Positions 38,234 to 48,821 of a stretch of DNA of 59,609 bases are shown here, one piece after another. Source of the stretch: a virus (Duplodnaviria; Caudoviricetes); the IMG/VR virus record IMGVR_UViG_3300046168_000017, positions 1 through 59,609 of that record. One strand, written 5' to 3'. The notes beneath the pieces were generated by a model. That model made no database searches. It had not been told where the DNA came from and was given only the letters and a program-made list of their open reading frames with translations. The stretch's first letter is position 1, and every line of letters begins with the position of its first letter. The position numbers were made by a program, and so were the translations under genes.

Positions 38234-41200
38234 ATGACAGTAGGTGAATATGCTAGATCTTTAGTTGATCAAAATTACTCTCAGACAGAAATGTACGATA
38301 TGGTTTTAGCTTTTAAGGCTAAACAAAAACAAGAGAAGAAAACTGAAGTTGTAGCTGAGCAAGTAAAGAACACCGACTCCACGCCGCAGGATCCGAACGT
38401 AGAGTCAACAAACAATACAGGATCCGAATCGGAAAATGGACAATCACAGCCTCAAGAGCTTGAAATAATTACTGATAAAGAACAAGCTTTAAATGCTAAG
38501 CCTGGTCAAGTTTACAGTGATCATGGTTATGAGTACAAGTATGAAGTAAACGAAGAAGGTAAAGGCGATTATTATACTAAAAAACCAGATGACACTGATT
38601 GGATTAAAGCTAAAGGAATAGCTCAAGCTTCAATAGCTAGTCAATTTGGTCATAGTGATTTTGACAAAGAAAGTTATTTTAAAGCTAAATATGCTAGACA
38701 AGAGCGAGAAGAAGCTCTAAAATTAGCTAATGCCAAACAAATTAAAGAAGCTGAGAGGTTACAAAAAGAAATAGACGAATCAATACCTTTAGTTAATGAA
38801 GTTGAATCAGAAATTGACTACGTAAACACTGTGGATAAGTGGAGTCAATTAGAAAATATAAAAGCAGACAAAAATAAAACAAGGAAAAACACTTCAACTG
38901 ATAGAGAGTTGAAACAGGGCATTGTTAAAGGAGAAGACGTATTAGGTGATGGAACTCTTGATTTAGATGATTTTAATGGAGATGAAAAGCAGTTTGAAGA
39001 TTACAAAAAATACAAAGATATTACAAACAGATTAGCTGTTAATAAAAATTACAAAAATCAATACGGATCAGGCAGGGATAGAATTAAAAGACAAGACGGT
39101 GAATCTATTGAAGAATTAAAAGAAAGACTTAAAAAAGAAGGTAGAAACCCATATGTTAGCAAAGATAGCCTAGGTAAATACATAGTGGCTGATCCAGAAG
39201 GAAAAATATCTAAAGAAGAGTGGACTAAGCTTAATGAAGAAAGAAAAAAATTAGAGGCTTCTTTTGACGAAGGTAAATTTGAATTGAAAGACGAAGGTTG
39301 GCTTATGAGAGGTTGGAATGCTTTTATGGCAAATCCAGAAAGCAGAGTGCAAAAAGTAAAAGCTAAAGAGCTTGTTCCTACTCCAGAAGCTGTTACTGCT
39401 TTTGATAAAAAATACATACAGCCTCAGGAAGACGGAGACAATACTGAAGGTATTAACTTTGCAGAGATAACAGACGAGGCTTTGCTTTCAGAAAAACTAG
39501 ATGAGGCAATTAGAACCGAAGTTCAAAGCTGATCCTTTGGTTAGAAAAATACAATTAGAAGCTGAGGTCAGAGTAAAGCCCTTAATGGCTAAATTCCAAC
39601 AAGACCTTTACAAAAAACATGACACTGATACTCCAGAAGGAGTTGCTGCTTTTAATAAAGAAAGTGAGAAAAAATACTCAGAGCTTATTAATCAAGATTT
39701 ATCTTCTAACGACGATTATTCGGATAGAGTAAAACAAATAGCTGCTGTAGGAAACAAAGCTTTTCAAACAGCTAATAACGCTTTTAATAGAGACAATAGC
39801 TGGTTAGGTTTTTTAGATGATGCTCAAGAAATGGCAGATGGTCTTGGACCAGTCGAATTTTGGGTTGATCTTGCGGCAAATTCAATTGAAGGTTTTGCAA
39901 AAGGTAGTAGAGGCATCGGAACTGGTATTGATAAAATGCAAGCTAGTTACGATGTTCAAAGGGCAAAACAAGCTAAAGATAAATTAAAAGATTTAGATAA
40001 TTTACAAAAAGCAGGTAAATTAAAGGAGACTCTAAAGTAATGTATTACGGTAGAAAAATAACTGTTAACGAAGCCCGTAAAGCATTAGAGTTAGAAGAAA
40101 AAGACTGGACTAAAGCTTTAGAAAATAATTTAGACGAAATAAAATTATCTGATGAAATTTTAAAAAAATACCAATCAGCTGATCTTTCAGACGGTGACAT
40201 AAGCTGGAAAGATATTGTTTTAACAACTTCTGAAGCTTTACCTCAAATAGCTTTAGCAACAGCTGGTGCTGCCGCGGGAGCTGCTACTGGCGGAGCAGCT
40301 ATAGCTCCTTTACTAGGCGCCCTTGGTACAGTTACTATGGGTGTTACAATGTATGGTGACGCATATATGGACGCGGCAGAAACTGGAGCGCAAGAAGATT
40401 ACGATGCAATTAATGGAGCTGGATCATATAATCAACTAGAAGATAAGGATAGAAGAGAGTTTTTAATAAAGGGTCTTAAAAGTGGTAGATATCATAATAT
40501 TGGAGAAGCTGCTTTAACAGCTGCTGTTCAAACTGGCATGGAAAAAATTGGTGCTGGTAAGATTTTATCTAAAACTCAAAAAGCTTTAGGTGTTGGTAAA
40601 AACGGTTTGTCTTCTATAATAGCAGGTGACTTAAGATCAGGTTTAAAAAACATAACAGCTGGAGCTTTAAGTAAGCTAGAAGCTGGAGGTACAGAGTTTA
40701 TAACAGAATGGGGTCAAGAAATAATTGGTGGCATAGGTAAAGGTATGATGGTTGAAGGTTCAGGGAACCAAGGAGCTATGAGATATGTTGACATGGATGC
40801 TGCTTACGACGCCGCTAAAGCTGGTGGAATAGTTGGTATTGCTATACCATTTGCTGGTAGCGTTGCAAAGCAAAGTAGTATAGAGGTTAGAAACATGGCT
40901 AGAAATGTAGCTATAAACTTTGCACCAAGTAGTAATTTCGGTAAATCAGCTGCAGTCAATGCTCAGTTTTTTAAAAATGCTCAAAATCAATTAGACAAAA
41001 GATTAAAATCTGGTAAAAATCCAGACGGAACACCTTACACTAAAGAACAGCATCAAGAGGATTCTATAAATTTAGCTAATGTTAAGAATGCTGGTGATAA
41101 AATACCTTCTTCTGTTACTGATCCTCAGACTAGAGGTAAAATGTTAGATCTTTTAATTAAAAGAGATAATCTTGAAAGAAAAATAGCTGACGTAGATGAC

Positions 41201-44200
41201 AGTGACTTAACCGCTGAAGAAGACGCAGAACTACAAGAGACAAAACAAGAGCTAAGAGAGGTGATGAAGCAAGAGTCTTTGTTTTCTACTAACAACAATG
41301 TAAGAGCCGCTATAGAAAAATCTGGCAAAGGTAATATTGAATTTCAAGACTTTGGAAATGCTCAAGAAATGAATGACTATGCTAAGCAAAAGAAAATTGA
41401 TGGTTGGCAGGAGAAAAACTCAGCTAATCACGGTGTGGTTTTATATGATTCTAAAACAGGTAAAGAACAAATACTCATTAACAATGAACTGTCATTAAAA
41501 GACTCTAATGTAAATGTAGGAGCTCATGAATTTTTACATACCGTATTAAGAAGCACGGTTCAAAACAGTAAAGGAACAGCTATTGCCTTAGGTAAAAGCT
41601 TACAAACTTATATCGAAGGAATAGATAGCACTCAAGTTGATAGTAATTCTGATTATGGTAAAAGACTAGCTGCTTATAAAGACGATCCAGCTAGTATAAG
41701 AGGTGAAGAAGCTATAACACTATTTAGTGATGGTATTGCTAATGGCTCTATAAAGTTCAACGAAGGTGTTTTTACTAAAATAGGTGATGCTATACGTAGA
41801 ACATTGCAAGCAGCAGGTATTAAAAACGTTAAATTTAATACAGGTAAAGATGTTTATAATTTTGTTAAAGACTACAACAAAAGCATTGAAAAAGGTAAAG
41901 GATTAAACAAAGCTCAACAAGCGTTACTAGATGGTAGAGCAGAAGGAGATTTAGTTAAAAGAGAATATAAAAGCAAACCTAAAACAGACAGCTCTGTAGA
42001 TATGGGGTTAGAAACAGAGGTTGATTTAGGTGTTGTTAAATCTTCTAAACCTACAGTTTTAGAATCAATAAACGAAACAGTACCTAAAGATATATCTACA
42101 AAAGCAGATTATGACGCTATGCTTAGAGATCCTAAAAAAGGTTCTACTGTATTAAACTCTGTTATAAACGAAGGTGGAGCTATTAATAACTATATTAGAA
42201 GTAGATCGACAAGTAAGGCTGAAGCAGAAAAAGCTATAGAAGGTGTAACTGATAGAATACTAAACTTTAATCCTGAAGCGTTAAGAGCTGATGGTAAGAA
42301 AGTTGGTATGGAAGGATTTGGTGAGGCTATATTTGCTAACACTAGATTTGCAAAAATGGATGCTAAAAAAGCTTTAGCAAAAGAATCAGAAAAAGCTAAA
42401 CAAGAACAAAGCACAGATAGTGATATTGTTAGAGAAATAGCTAGCACACCTGAAAGCTCTACATCTACAGAGAAACAAACAGCAAAAGCTCAATCACCTA
42501 GAGCAACAAATCAATTTACACCTTCTTTTTCTCAAGGACTACAAGTTGATACAGAAGGTAAAACTACTGCTGAAGTAAATGAAGAAATAAACCAACAGTT
42601 TGATAAAGCTATTGATTCTGATTTACAAGCATTAGGACAGGTTACTAGCTTTGGTCAAACTAAAAACATAGGACCTGCTGTAGCTGCTTTAATGGAGAAA
42701 GCAACAGGTATGCCTGCTAAAGTTTTTACAGATAAAAGCAAAAACATAGCAAAAAAAGATGCTACATCTGGAGCTTTAACAAACGTAAAACAATATCTTA
42801 ATAAAAATGCTCAAAGAGATTTTAAAAATCTTCCTGATGCATTTGCTAAAGATAGCGGTAAAGCTACTTTTATACCTGAAAATGTTAAAAAGGCTTTATA
42901 TAAAAAGAACGATAAAGGTCAATTTGTCTTAGATAAAAGTAAAACTTTAAAAGATTATAAAGAACTACTTGGAGACATGGAAAAACCTGTTTATAGAGCT
43001 GCTGAAGCTCAAACTATAAAAGGTTTAGTTGCGCTTTCTCTTAGAAACATGATGTTTGAAAAAGCTGTTCCAAGTACACAAGCAAGAGCAACAACAGGTG
43101 TTAAGTTTAGTAAGCAAATACCTGCAGATACCGACAAAGGTAAATCTCAGCTTAAAGACATAGGTGTTGCTAGAGACATGAATAAAGTTGCTGAAATTTC
43201 TGGTGTAGGTAAAATCGGTATTACTCCTGAAAACATAGCAGAAAAAAGAGCTCAAATGACTAGCTCTATAGTAGATCAAAACATATCAAGCATAGCTTTT
43301 AATAATGGAAAATTTGCTAACTTTGGTAGATCATACAAAACTATAGATGGTGTAAAATATTTCAAGCTAACAAACGGTAAGACAGTTAAAAATGGCAGCA
43401 AAGAGTATAAAAAAGCTGTAAAAGACGAAACATTTATGCCGGCAAAAGGTAGCTTATATTATTCAACAAAGCAAAAAGCATATATAGCAGATCAAGAACT
43501 AGCTGCGGCTAATGATGCTATGTATCCTAATCTACCAAAAGCAAAAAGAGTTAATGTAAAAGACGCTGGAACTAAAAAAGCAAATGCCCAGTCTAAAGCT
43601 AATTTAGATATATTAGAAGCCGTTGCCACTCAATTAGAAACAGCAGTTGCTAATGGTATGCCTATGGAAATAGCTGCTTTGTTTATAACTTCTAGTTATC
43701 AAGCCACTACAGGTTTAATAAAAATATCAGCTCCTTTTTCTGCAGAGTCAGATAAAATGGAATATGCTGAGATTGGTAAATCAAATCAAGTTGGAGGTAA
43801 AGAAGCTTTTAGAGAAGAACATAGTCCACCTGCTTCTGTTGTAGGTGGTAGTTTAATTTGGGCTATTAAAAATGGTCAAGTTAAACAAATAATGCAAGGA
43901 ATAAGAGATAATTATATACAAGTAAAGTTATCTAAAAAAGACGATGTAAAACTAGACAATGCTAAATTAGATTCTACCTTACCAGAAGGCGTTAGCATAA
44001 TTACACCAAATGCTGGTATAATAAGAATGGCGGAAGCTGGAATAGATTTAAATAGTATAACAGATTATAAATCAGGAAAAAGCTTTGCTGATATAATGGG
44101 TGTTGGTGTTGACTTAAAATCTAGTAAAAGAAATCCTAATATAATATATGCTCAAAATGCTTTAATATCTGAGCAAATAAATAATGACTTAGATCCAAAA

Positions 44201-47053
44201 ATAACTCAAGCGAGAATAAAAGCTTATGAACCTATTGCAGCGTTAGAAGTTAAAGCTAGTAAATCAAACAATAAAACTTTTAGTGGTAAGGTTAATACTG
44301 AAATGACAATAGCTGATCAACTTACAACCTTAGGAGCTTACGACCAAGCTGCTAGAAAAGCTAGAGCTTTAGATACACCTAAAAAAGGTATAAGTGTATT
44401 TGACTTTGATGATACGCTTGCTAGAACTAAAGAAAAAGTTATAGTAAACAAACCAGGTGAAGTTTCAGTAGAGATATCTGCAGCTAAATTTGCAGAAACA
44501 GCTAGTCAACTAGAATCAGAAGGAGCTACATTTGACTTTAGCAACTTTGAAGGAGTTGCAGATGGAACTAAAAAAGGTCCTTTAGCAGATTTAGCTTTGC
44601 GTAGACAAGAAAAATTTGGTAACAAAGATATATTTGTTTTAACTGCTAGACCTCAAGTGTCAGACAAAGCTATTAAAACTTTTCTAGATGGTATTGGTTT
44701 AAACTTACCTATAGGAAACATAACAGGATTAGGAAACGGAACACCTGGCGCTAAAGGTAATTGGGTTGCTCAAAAAGCCGCCGAAGGATATAATGATTTT
44801 TATTTTGCTGATGATGCTTATAAAAACGTAGAAGCTGTGCAAGAAGTTTTAAGTCAAGTAGATGTTGATTCAGAAGTGCAAATAGCTAAGTTTAGTAAAG
44901 TTAAAACTTTTGATAAAATATTTAATGATATAATAGAAAGTTCTACTGGTATTGAGACTTTTAAAGAGTATTCTAAAGCAAGAGGTCAAATGACAGGTAA
45001 GAAAAAAGGTAGATTTAGTTTTCTTACAAGTCCTTCTGCTGAAGATTTTTTAGGTTTATTATACAAAACACTAGGCAAAGGAAAAATAGGAGATGCTCAA
45101 CTAGATTTTTACAAGAAAAATTTAATCGATACATACGATAGAGCGGAATTAGCAGTAACAAAAGCTAAGATACAGGCTGCTAATGATTTTAAAGCTTTAA
45201 AAAAGAATTTAAAAACACTACCTAAAAGTTTATCAAAAGAAATGGGTTATGGTGGTTTTACTTTTTCTCAAGCAGCTAGAGTTGCAGCTTGGACAAGACA
45301 AGGTTTAAACGTACCTGGTTTATCTAAAACTGACTTAAAAGCTCTTAATGATTTTATAGACAATAATCCTGAAATGAATACCTTTGTTGATGAGCTTATT
45401 AAAATCCAAAAAGGTAAACCATATCCTGCTCCAAGTAAAGACTGGCTAGGTGGAACTATTACTAGTGATATATTAAATGACATAAACAAAGTAAATAGAA
45501 AACAGTACTTACAAGAGTGGCAAGAAAATGTAGACATTATATTTTCTGAAAAGAACATGAACAAGCTAGAGGCTGCGTATGGTCCTAAATACGTAGAAGC
45601 GTTGCGAGATCAACTTCGTAGAATGAAGAGTGGTTCTAATAGACCTATTGGCGGATCTAGAGTTGTTAATCAATTACTAGACTGGCTTAATAATTCAGTT
45701 GGTGCTATTATGTTTCTTAACACTAGATCAGCGGTTTTACAGACGCTTTCAGCGGTTAACTTTATAGGTGTAGGAAATAACGGTATCATAAACTCAGCTA
45801 AAGCTTTTGCTAATCAAAAACAATATTGGTCAGATTTTAAAACATTAATGAATTCTCCTTATTTAACGGAAAGACGTAATGGTTTAAAAATAAATGTAAG
45901 TGAATCTGAAATAGCAGATGCTGTTGCTGAAAGTTCAAACAAACCTAAAGCAGCTTTAAGTTTTCTTCTTAATAAAGGATTTATACTTACTAGATTTGCA
46001 GATAGTTTTGCTATAGCAACTGGAGGCGCTGCTTTTTATAGAAACCAATTAAACATGTATGTTGAGCAGGGTATGCCGATGGAGATGGCTCAAAAGAAAG
46101 CTTTTCAAGATTTTTATACTATAGCAGAGAAAAATCAGCAATCAAGTAATCCAAGTAAAATATCACAACAACAAGCTTCAGGTGCTGGACGTGTTGTACT
46201 AGCGTTTGCTAACACACCTATGCAGTATGCTCGTATAATAAAAAGATCTTCTCAAGATTTATTAAACGGCAGAGGTGATTGGAAGAAGCATGTTGGTACT
46301 ATAGCTTTTTATGGTGTTGCACAAAACCTTATATTTAGTGCTTTACAGAACGCTTTATTTTCTGAGGCGTTTGGAGAAGATGAAGAAGATGAACAAAAAG
46401 AAGATAAAGCTGGTAGAATAGCAAATGGCATGGCTGATTCATTATTGTCAGGTTTAGGTATACAAGGTAAAGCTGTTTTATCTTTGAAAAACGCTTTAAT
46501 AACTTTAGCCAAAGAAAACGATAAAAGATCACCTAAGTTTGTAAAAGCTGTTTATGATTTATTTGATTTTTCACCTCCGCTAGATTCTAAATTTAGAAAA
46601 CTAAGATCAGCAGCTAACACTTTTACTTGGGAAAGAAAAACTATGGACGAAAAAGGTTTTAGTCTTGATAATCCAGCTTATTTAGCAGGAGCTCAAGTTA
46701 TATCTGGTTTAACTAATCTACCTCTTGACAGAGCTATATCTAAGTTAAACAATATTAGAGGTATAATGAGTGAGCAGTCTGAAAAATGGCAAAAAGTTGC
46801 ATTAGCTTTAGGCTGGTCAACATGGGATGTTGGATTAGGTTACTATGGTGGATTTGATCCAGTTAAACCGTTGACTGAAAAAGAGCAGTATGAAGTTGAT
46901 GTAAAAACAATGAAATTAGACACAAATACTAAGCAGCAGAAACAAATGCTATTAGATTTAGGTTTAACAAAAGCTGAAATTAAAAAACTTCGCTATGAAG
47001 AAGATAGAGTTAAAAAAATAATTGCATTACAAAAAAAGAAAAAAGATAAATAA
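38234..47053 (+). CDS. Giant internal/ejected polyvalent protein (about 2,940 aa), split into three ORFs by two homopolymer indels
   Basis: 38234..39532, 39501..40040 and 40040..47053 join by removing one A at about 39527 and adding one A at about 40024; contains a hydrophobic G/A segment, HEFLH, EEHSPP and VFDFDDTL...LTAR...FADD. Confidence 0.7.
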
Positions 47054-47054
47054 A

Positions 47055-47366
47055 ATGAAGTCACCTATAAAACATTGTTTTAGTACACTAATGCACACGG
47101 AACCTTGGAATAAAATGAGAGGAACTACCGCTAAAGTATCAGGACGTGGAACTGGTAACAAAGTTGCTTTAAAACAAGCTAAAGAAAAAAGAAATACACC
47201 TATGGAACAATCTTCACCACTATATGGAAAAATAAGCGGCGCATGTAAAGCTGCGGCAAAAAAGAAATTTAAGGTTTGGCCTAGCGCTTACGCTTCTGGT
47301 TGGGGAGTAAGATGCACGAAGGCGGGTGGACCTGGTAACTTTGGTGGAGGTAAAAAGAAAAAATAA
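47055..47366 (+). CDS. Small basic SP-motif protein with a KVWPSAYASGW module
   Basis: Start reassigned to ATG 47055 (MKSPIKH); internal QSSPLYG. Confidence 0.75.
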   Translation: MKSPIKHCFSTLMHTEPWNKMRGTTAKVSGRGTGNKVALKQAKEKRNTPMEQSSPLYGKISGACKAAAKKKFKVWPSAYASGWGVRCTKAGGPGNFGGGKKKK

Positions 47367-47719
47367 TGGCTTATATACAAAAAGGTTCTCCATTTGCTTG
47401 TTGGACAGGTTATAAAAGAAAACCTGGTACTAAAGAGTTTAGCAAAGGTAGTTGCGTTAAAGCATCACCTGTAACAAAACAAAAAGGTGGTGGCACTACT
47501 AAAACATGTTTACCTAAATCTAAAATAGATAATTTATCAGATGAAAAGAAAAAAGAATTAGTTAATTCTAAAAAATCCGCTGGAGCTAGCGGTAAATATA
47601 AAAGATCGTCTAAGACTAATGTTAAAGGCGCTCGAAAAAAAGGAGCTACACTTAGAGACTGGTTTGAAAAAGAAGACTGGAGAAGAGTTGATGATCCATC
47701 AAAAAAATGCGGAGAATAA
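47366..47719 (+). CDS. Small basic SP-motif protein (CWxGY...C and LRDWFEKEDW modules)
   Basis: MAYIQKGSPFACWTGY...SCVKASPVTKQ...; 4 Cys. Confidence 0.75.
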   Translation: MAYIQKGSPFACWTGYKRKPGTKEFSKGSCVKASPVTKQKGGGTTKTCLPKSKIDNLSDEKKKELVNSKKSAGASGKYKRSSKTNVKGARKKGATLRDWFEKEDWRRVDDPSKKCGE

Positions 47720-47732
47720 TAAAACAAAAACT

Positions 47733-47873
47733 ATGGGAAAATTATTAGTAAAATTAGGATTAAAAATACAAGCATGGTGGTGTTTGTTTGAGTGTTGGTG
47801 GAATAGCATAGTAGCTAAACTTATGTTTAATGTTGAGACATGTCCTCACAAGTTATGCAAATGTAAGAAATAA
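47733..47873 (+). CDS. Small Cys/Trp-rich protein
   Basis: MGKLLVKLGLKIQAWWCLFECWWNSIVAKLMFNVETCPHKLCKCKK (46 aa); the track start 47619 overlaps the upstream gene. Confidence 0.6.
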   Translation: MGKLLVKLGLKIQAWWCLFECWWNSIVAKLMFNVETCPHKLCKCKK

Positions 47874-48037
47874 TGACTGAGCAAATAAAACTATACATAA
47901 TAAATGCCTCAACGCTAGGTGTTACAACTTTTACTACCTTAGAAATGGGTATGAAAATATTGCTTTTAGCAGTAACAATAGGTTATACCGTTACTAAATG
48001 GATAAATTTAAATAAAAAAGATGAGGACAATAAATAA
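47873..48037 (+). CDS. Putative small holin (not in the ORF track)
   Basis: Read by hand: MTEQIKLYIINASTLGVTTFTTLEMGMKILLLAVTIGYTVTKWINLNKKDEDNK; hydrophobic helix plus charged tail; overlaps the endolysin start. Confidence 0.65.
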   Translation: MTEQIKLYIINASTLGVTTFTTLEMGMKILLLAVTIGYTVTKWINLNKKDEDNK

Positions 48038-48446
48038 AATTATTGTTCACTGTTCAGCTACACAAGAAGGTAGAGATTTAGATGCCGCTGAAATAAATAA
48101 ATGGCATTTAAAAAGAGGTTGGAACGGCATTGGTTACCACTATGTAGTTTTATTAGATGGTACTATAGAATACGGCCGTAGTATATACAAACAAGGCGCT
48201 CATGTTAAAGGTGAAAATGAAGGTTCTATAGGAATTTGTTACATTGGAGGCGTCGAATCAGAACGTGGATCTAACGGCAAATGGATTGCTAAAGATACTA
48301 GAACACCTGAACAAAAAGAAAGCTTGTTATTGTTGCTTAAAACATTAAAAAAAATGCATTCGAAGGCTACAATACATGGTCACAACGAGTTTGCAGCAAA
48401 GAGCTGCCCGTGCTTTGATGCTAATAAAGAATATTGTAATATATGA
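48021..48446 (+). CDS. Endolysin, N-acetylmuramoyl-L-alanine amidase (T7 lysozyme-like)
   Basis: IIVHCSAT, IGYHY, GAH, SIGICYIGG, GHNEF..KSCP zinc-amidase motifs. Confidence 0.93.
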   Translation: MRTINKIIVHCSATQEGRDLDAAEINKWHLKRGWNGIGYHYVVLLDGTIEYGRSIYKQGAHVKGENEGSIGICYIGGVESERGSNGKWIAKDTRTPEQKESLLLLLKTLKKMHSKATIHGHNEFAAKSCPCFDANKEYCNI

Positions 48447-48727
48447 AATCACCATTAAACATAAAAGAAAAAGCTTACGAAAAGCAAAATAGAAAAATGC
48501 GTAAAGATTATACCAAAGAAACTGGTAAAACTTTAGGTTCAAGACAGACGTCTGGAACTGGAAAGAGAAGAGTTTCATTTGCTTGTAGATTTGCTGGTAT
48601 GGCTGGAGCAATGAAAGACGCTAAAGGAGAGCCAACTAAAAAGGCGATGGCTTTAAAGAAATGGGGTTTTGGTAGTGTTGAAGCTGCTAGAAATTTTTGT
48701 CAAAAAAATAAAGAGAAAAAATCATAA
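48443..48727 (+). CDS. Small basic SP-motif protein (RRVSFACRF.G module)
   Basis: MKSPLNIK..., 94 aa, 2 Cys. Confidence 0.75.
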   Translation: MKSPLNIKEKAYEKQNRKMRKDYTKETGKTLGSRQTSGTGKRRVSFACRFAGMAGAMKDAKGEPTKKAMALKKWGFGSVEAARNFCQKNKEKKS

Positions 48728-48776
48728 TAAGGAACAAAGATAAATGGGCGTACCATACCCAAAAGTTCCTGTAACC

Positions 48777-48810
48777 AAGAAAGGGGATCACTAACGTGGT
48801 CCCCTTTTTT
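48777..48810. terminator. Bidirectional intrinsic terminator between the converging arms
   Basis: AAGAAA-GGGGATCAC-TAAC-GTGGTCCCC-TTTTTT. Confidence 0.88.
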
Positions 48811-48821
48811 GATTTAACTAA

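Noticed and set aside
44390-44420. DFDD motif as a virion RNA polymerase active site
   Set aside because: The context VFDFDDTL with later LTAR and FADD fits a HAD phosphatase; the DxDxD spacing of two-barrel polymerases is absent.
28551-47053. Stop-codon reassignment as in some crAss-like phages
   Set aside because: The gene breaks are frame changes, not in-frame TAG or TGA. Long genes are intact under code 11, and TAG/TGA end real genes such as groEL and groES.
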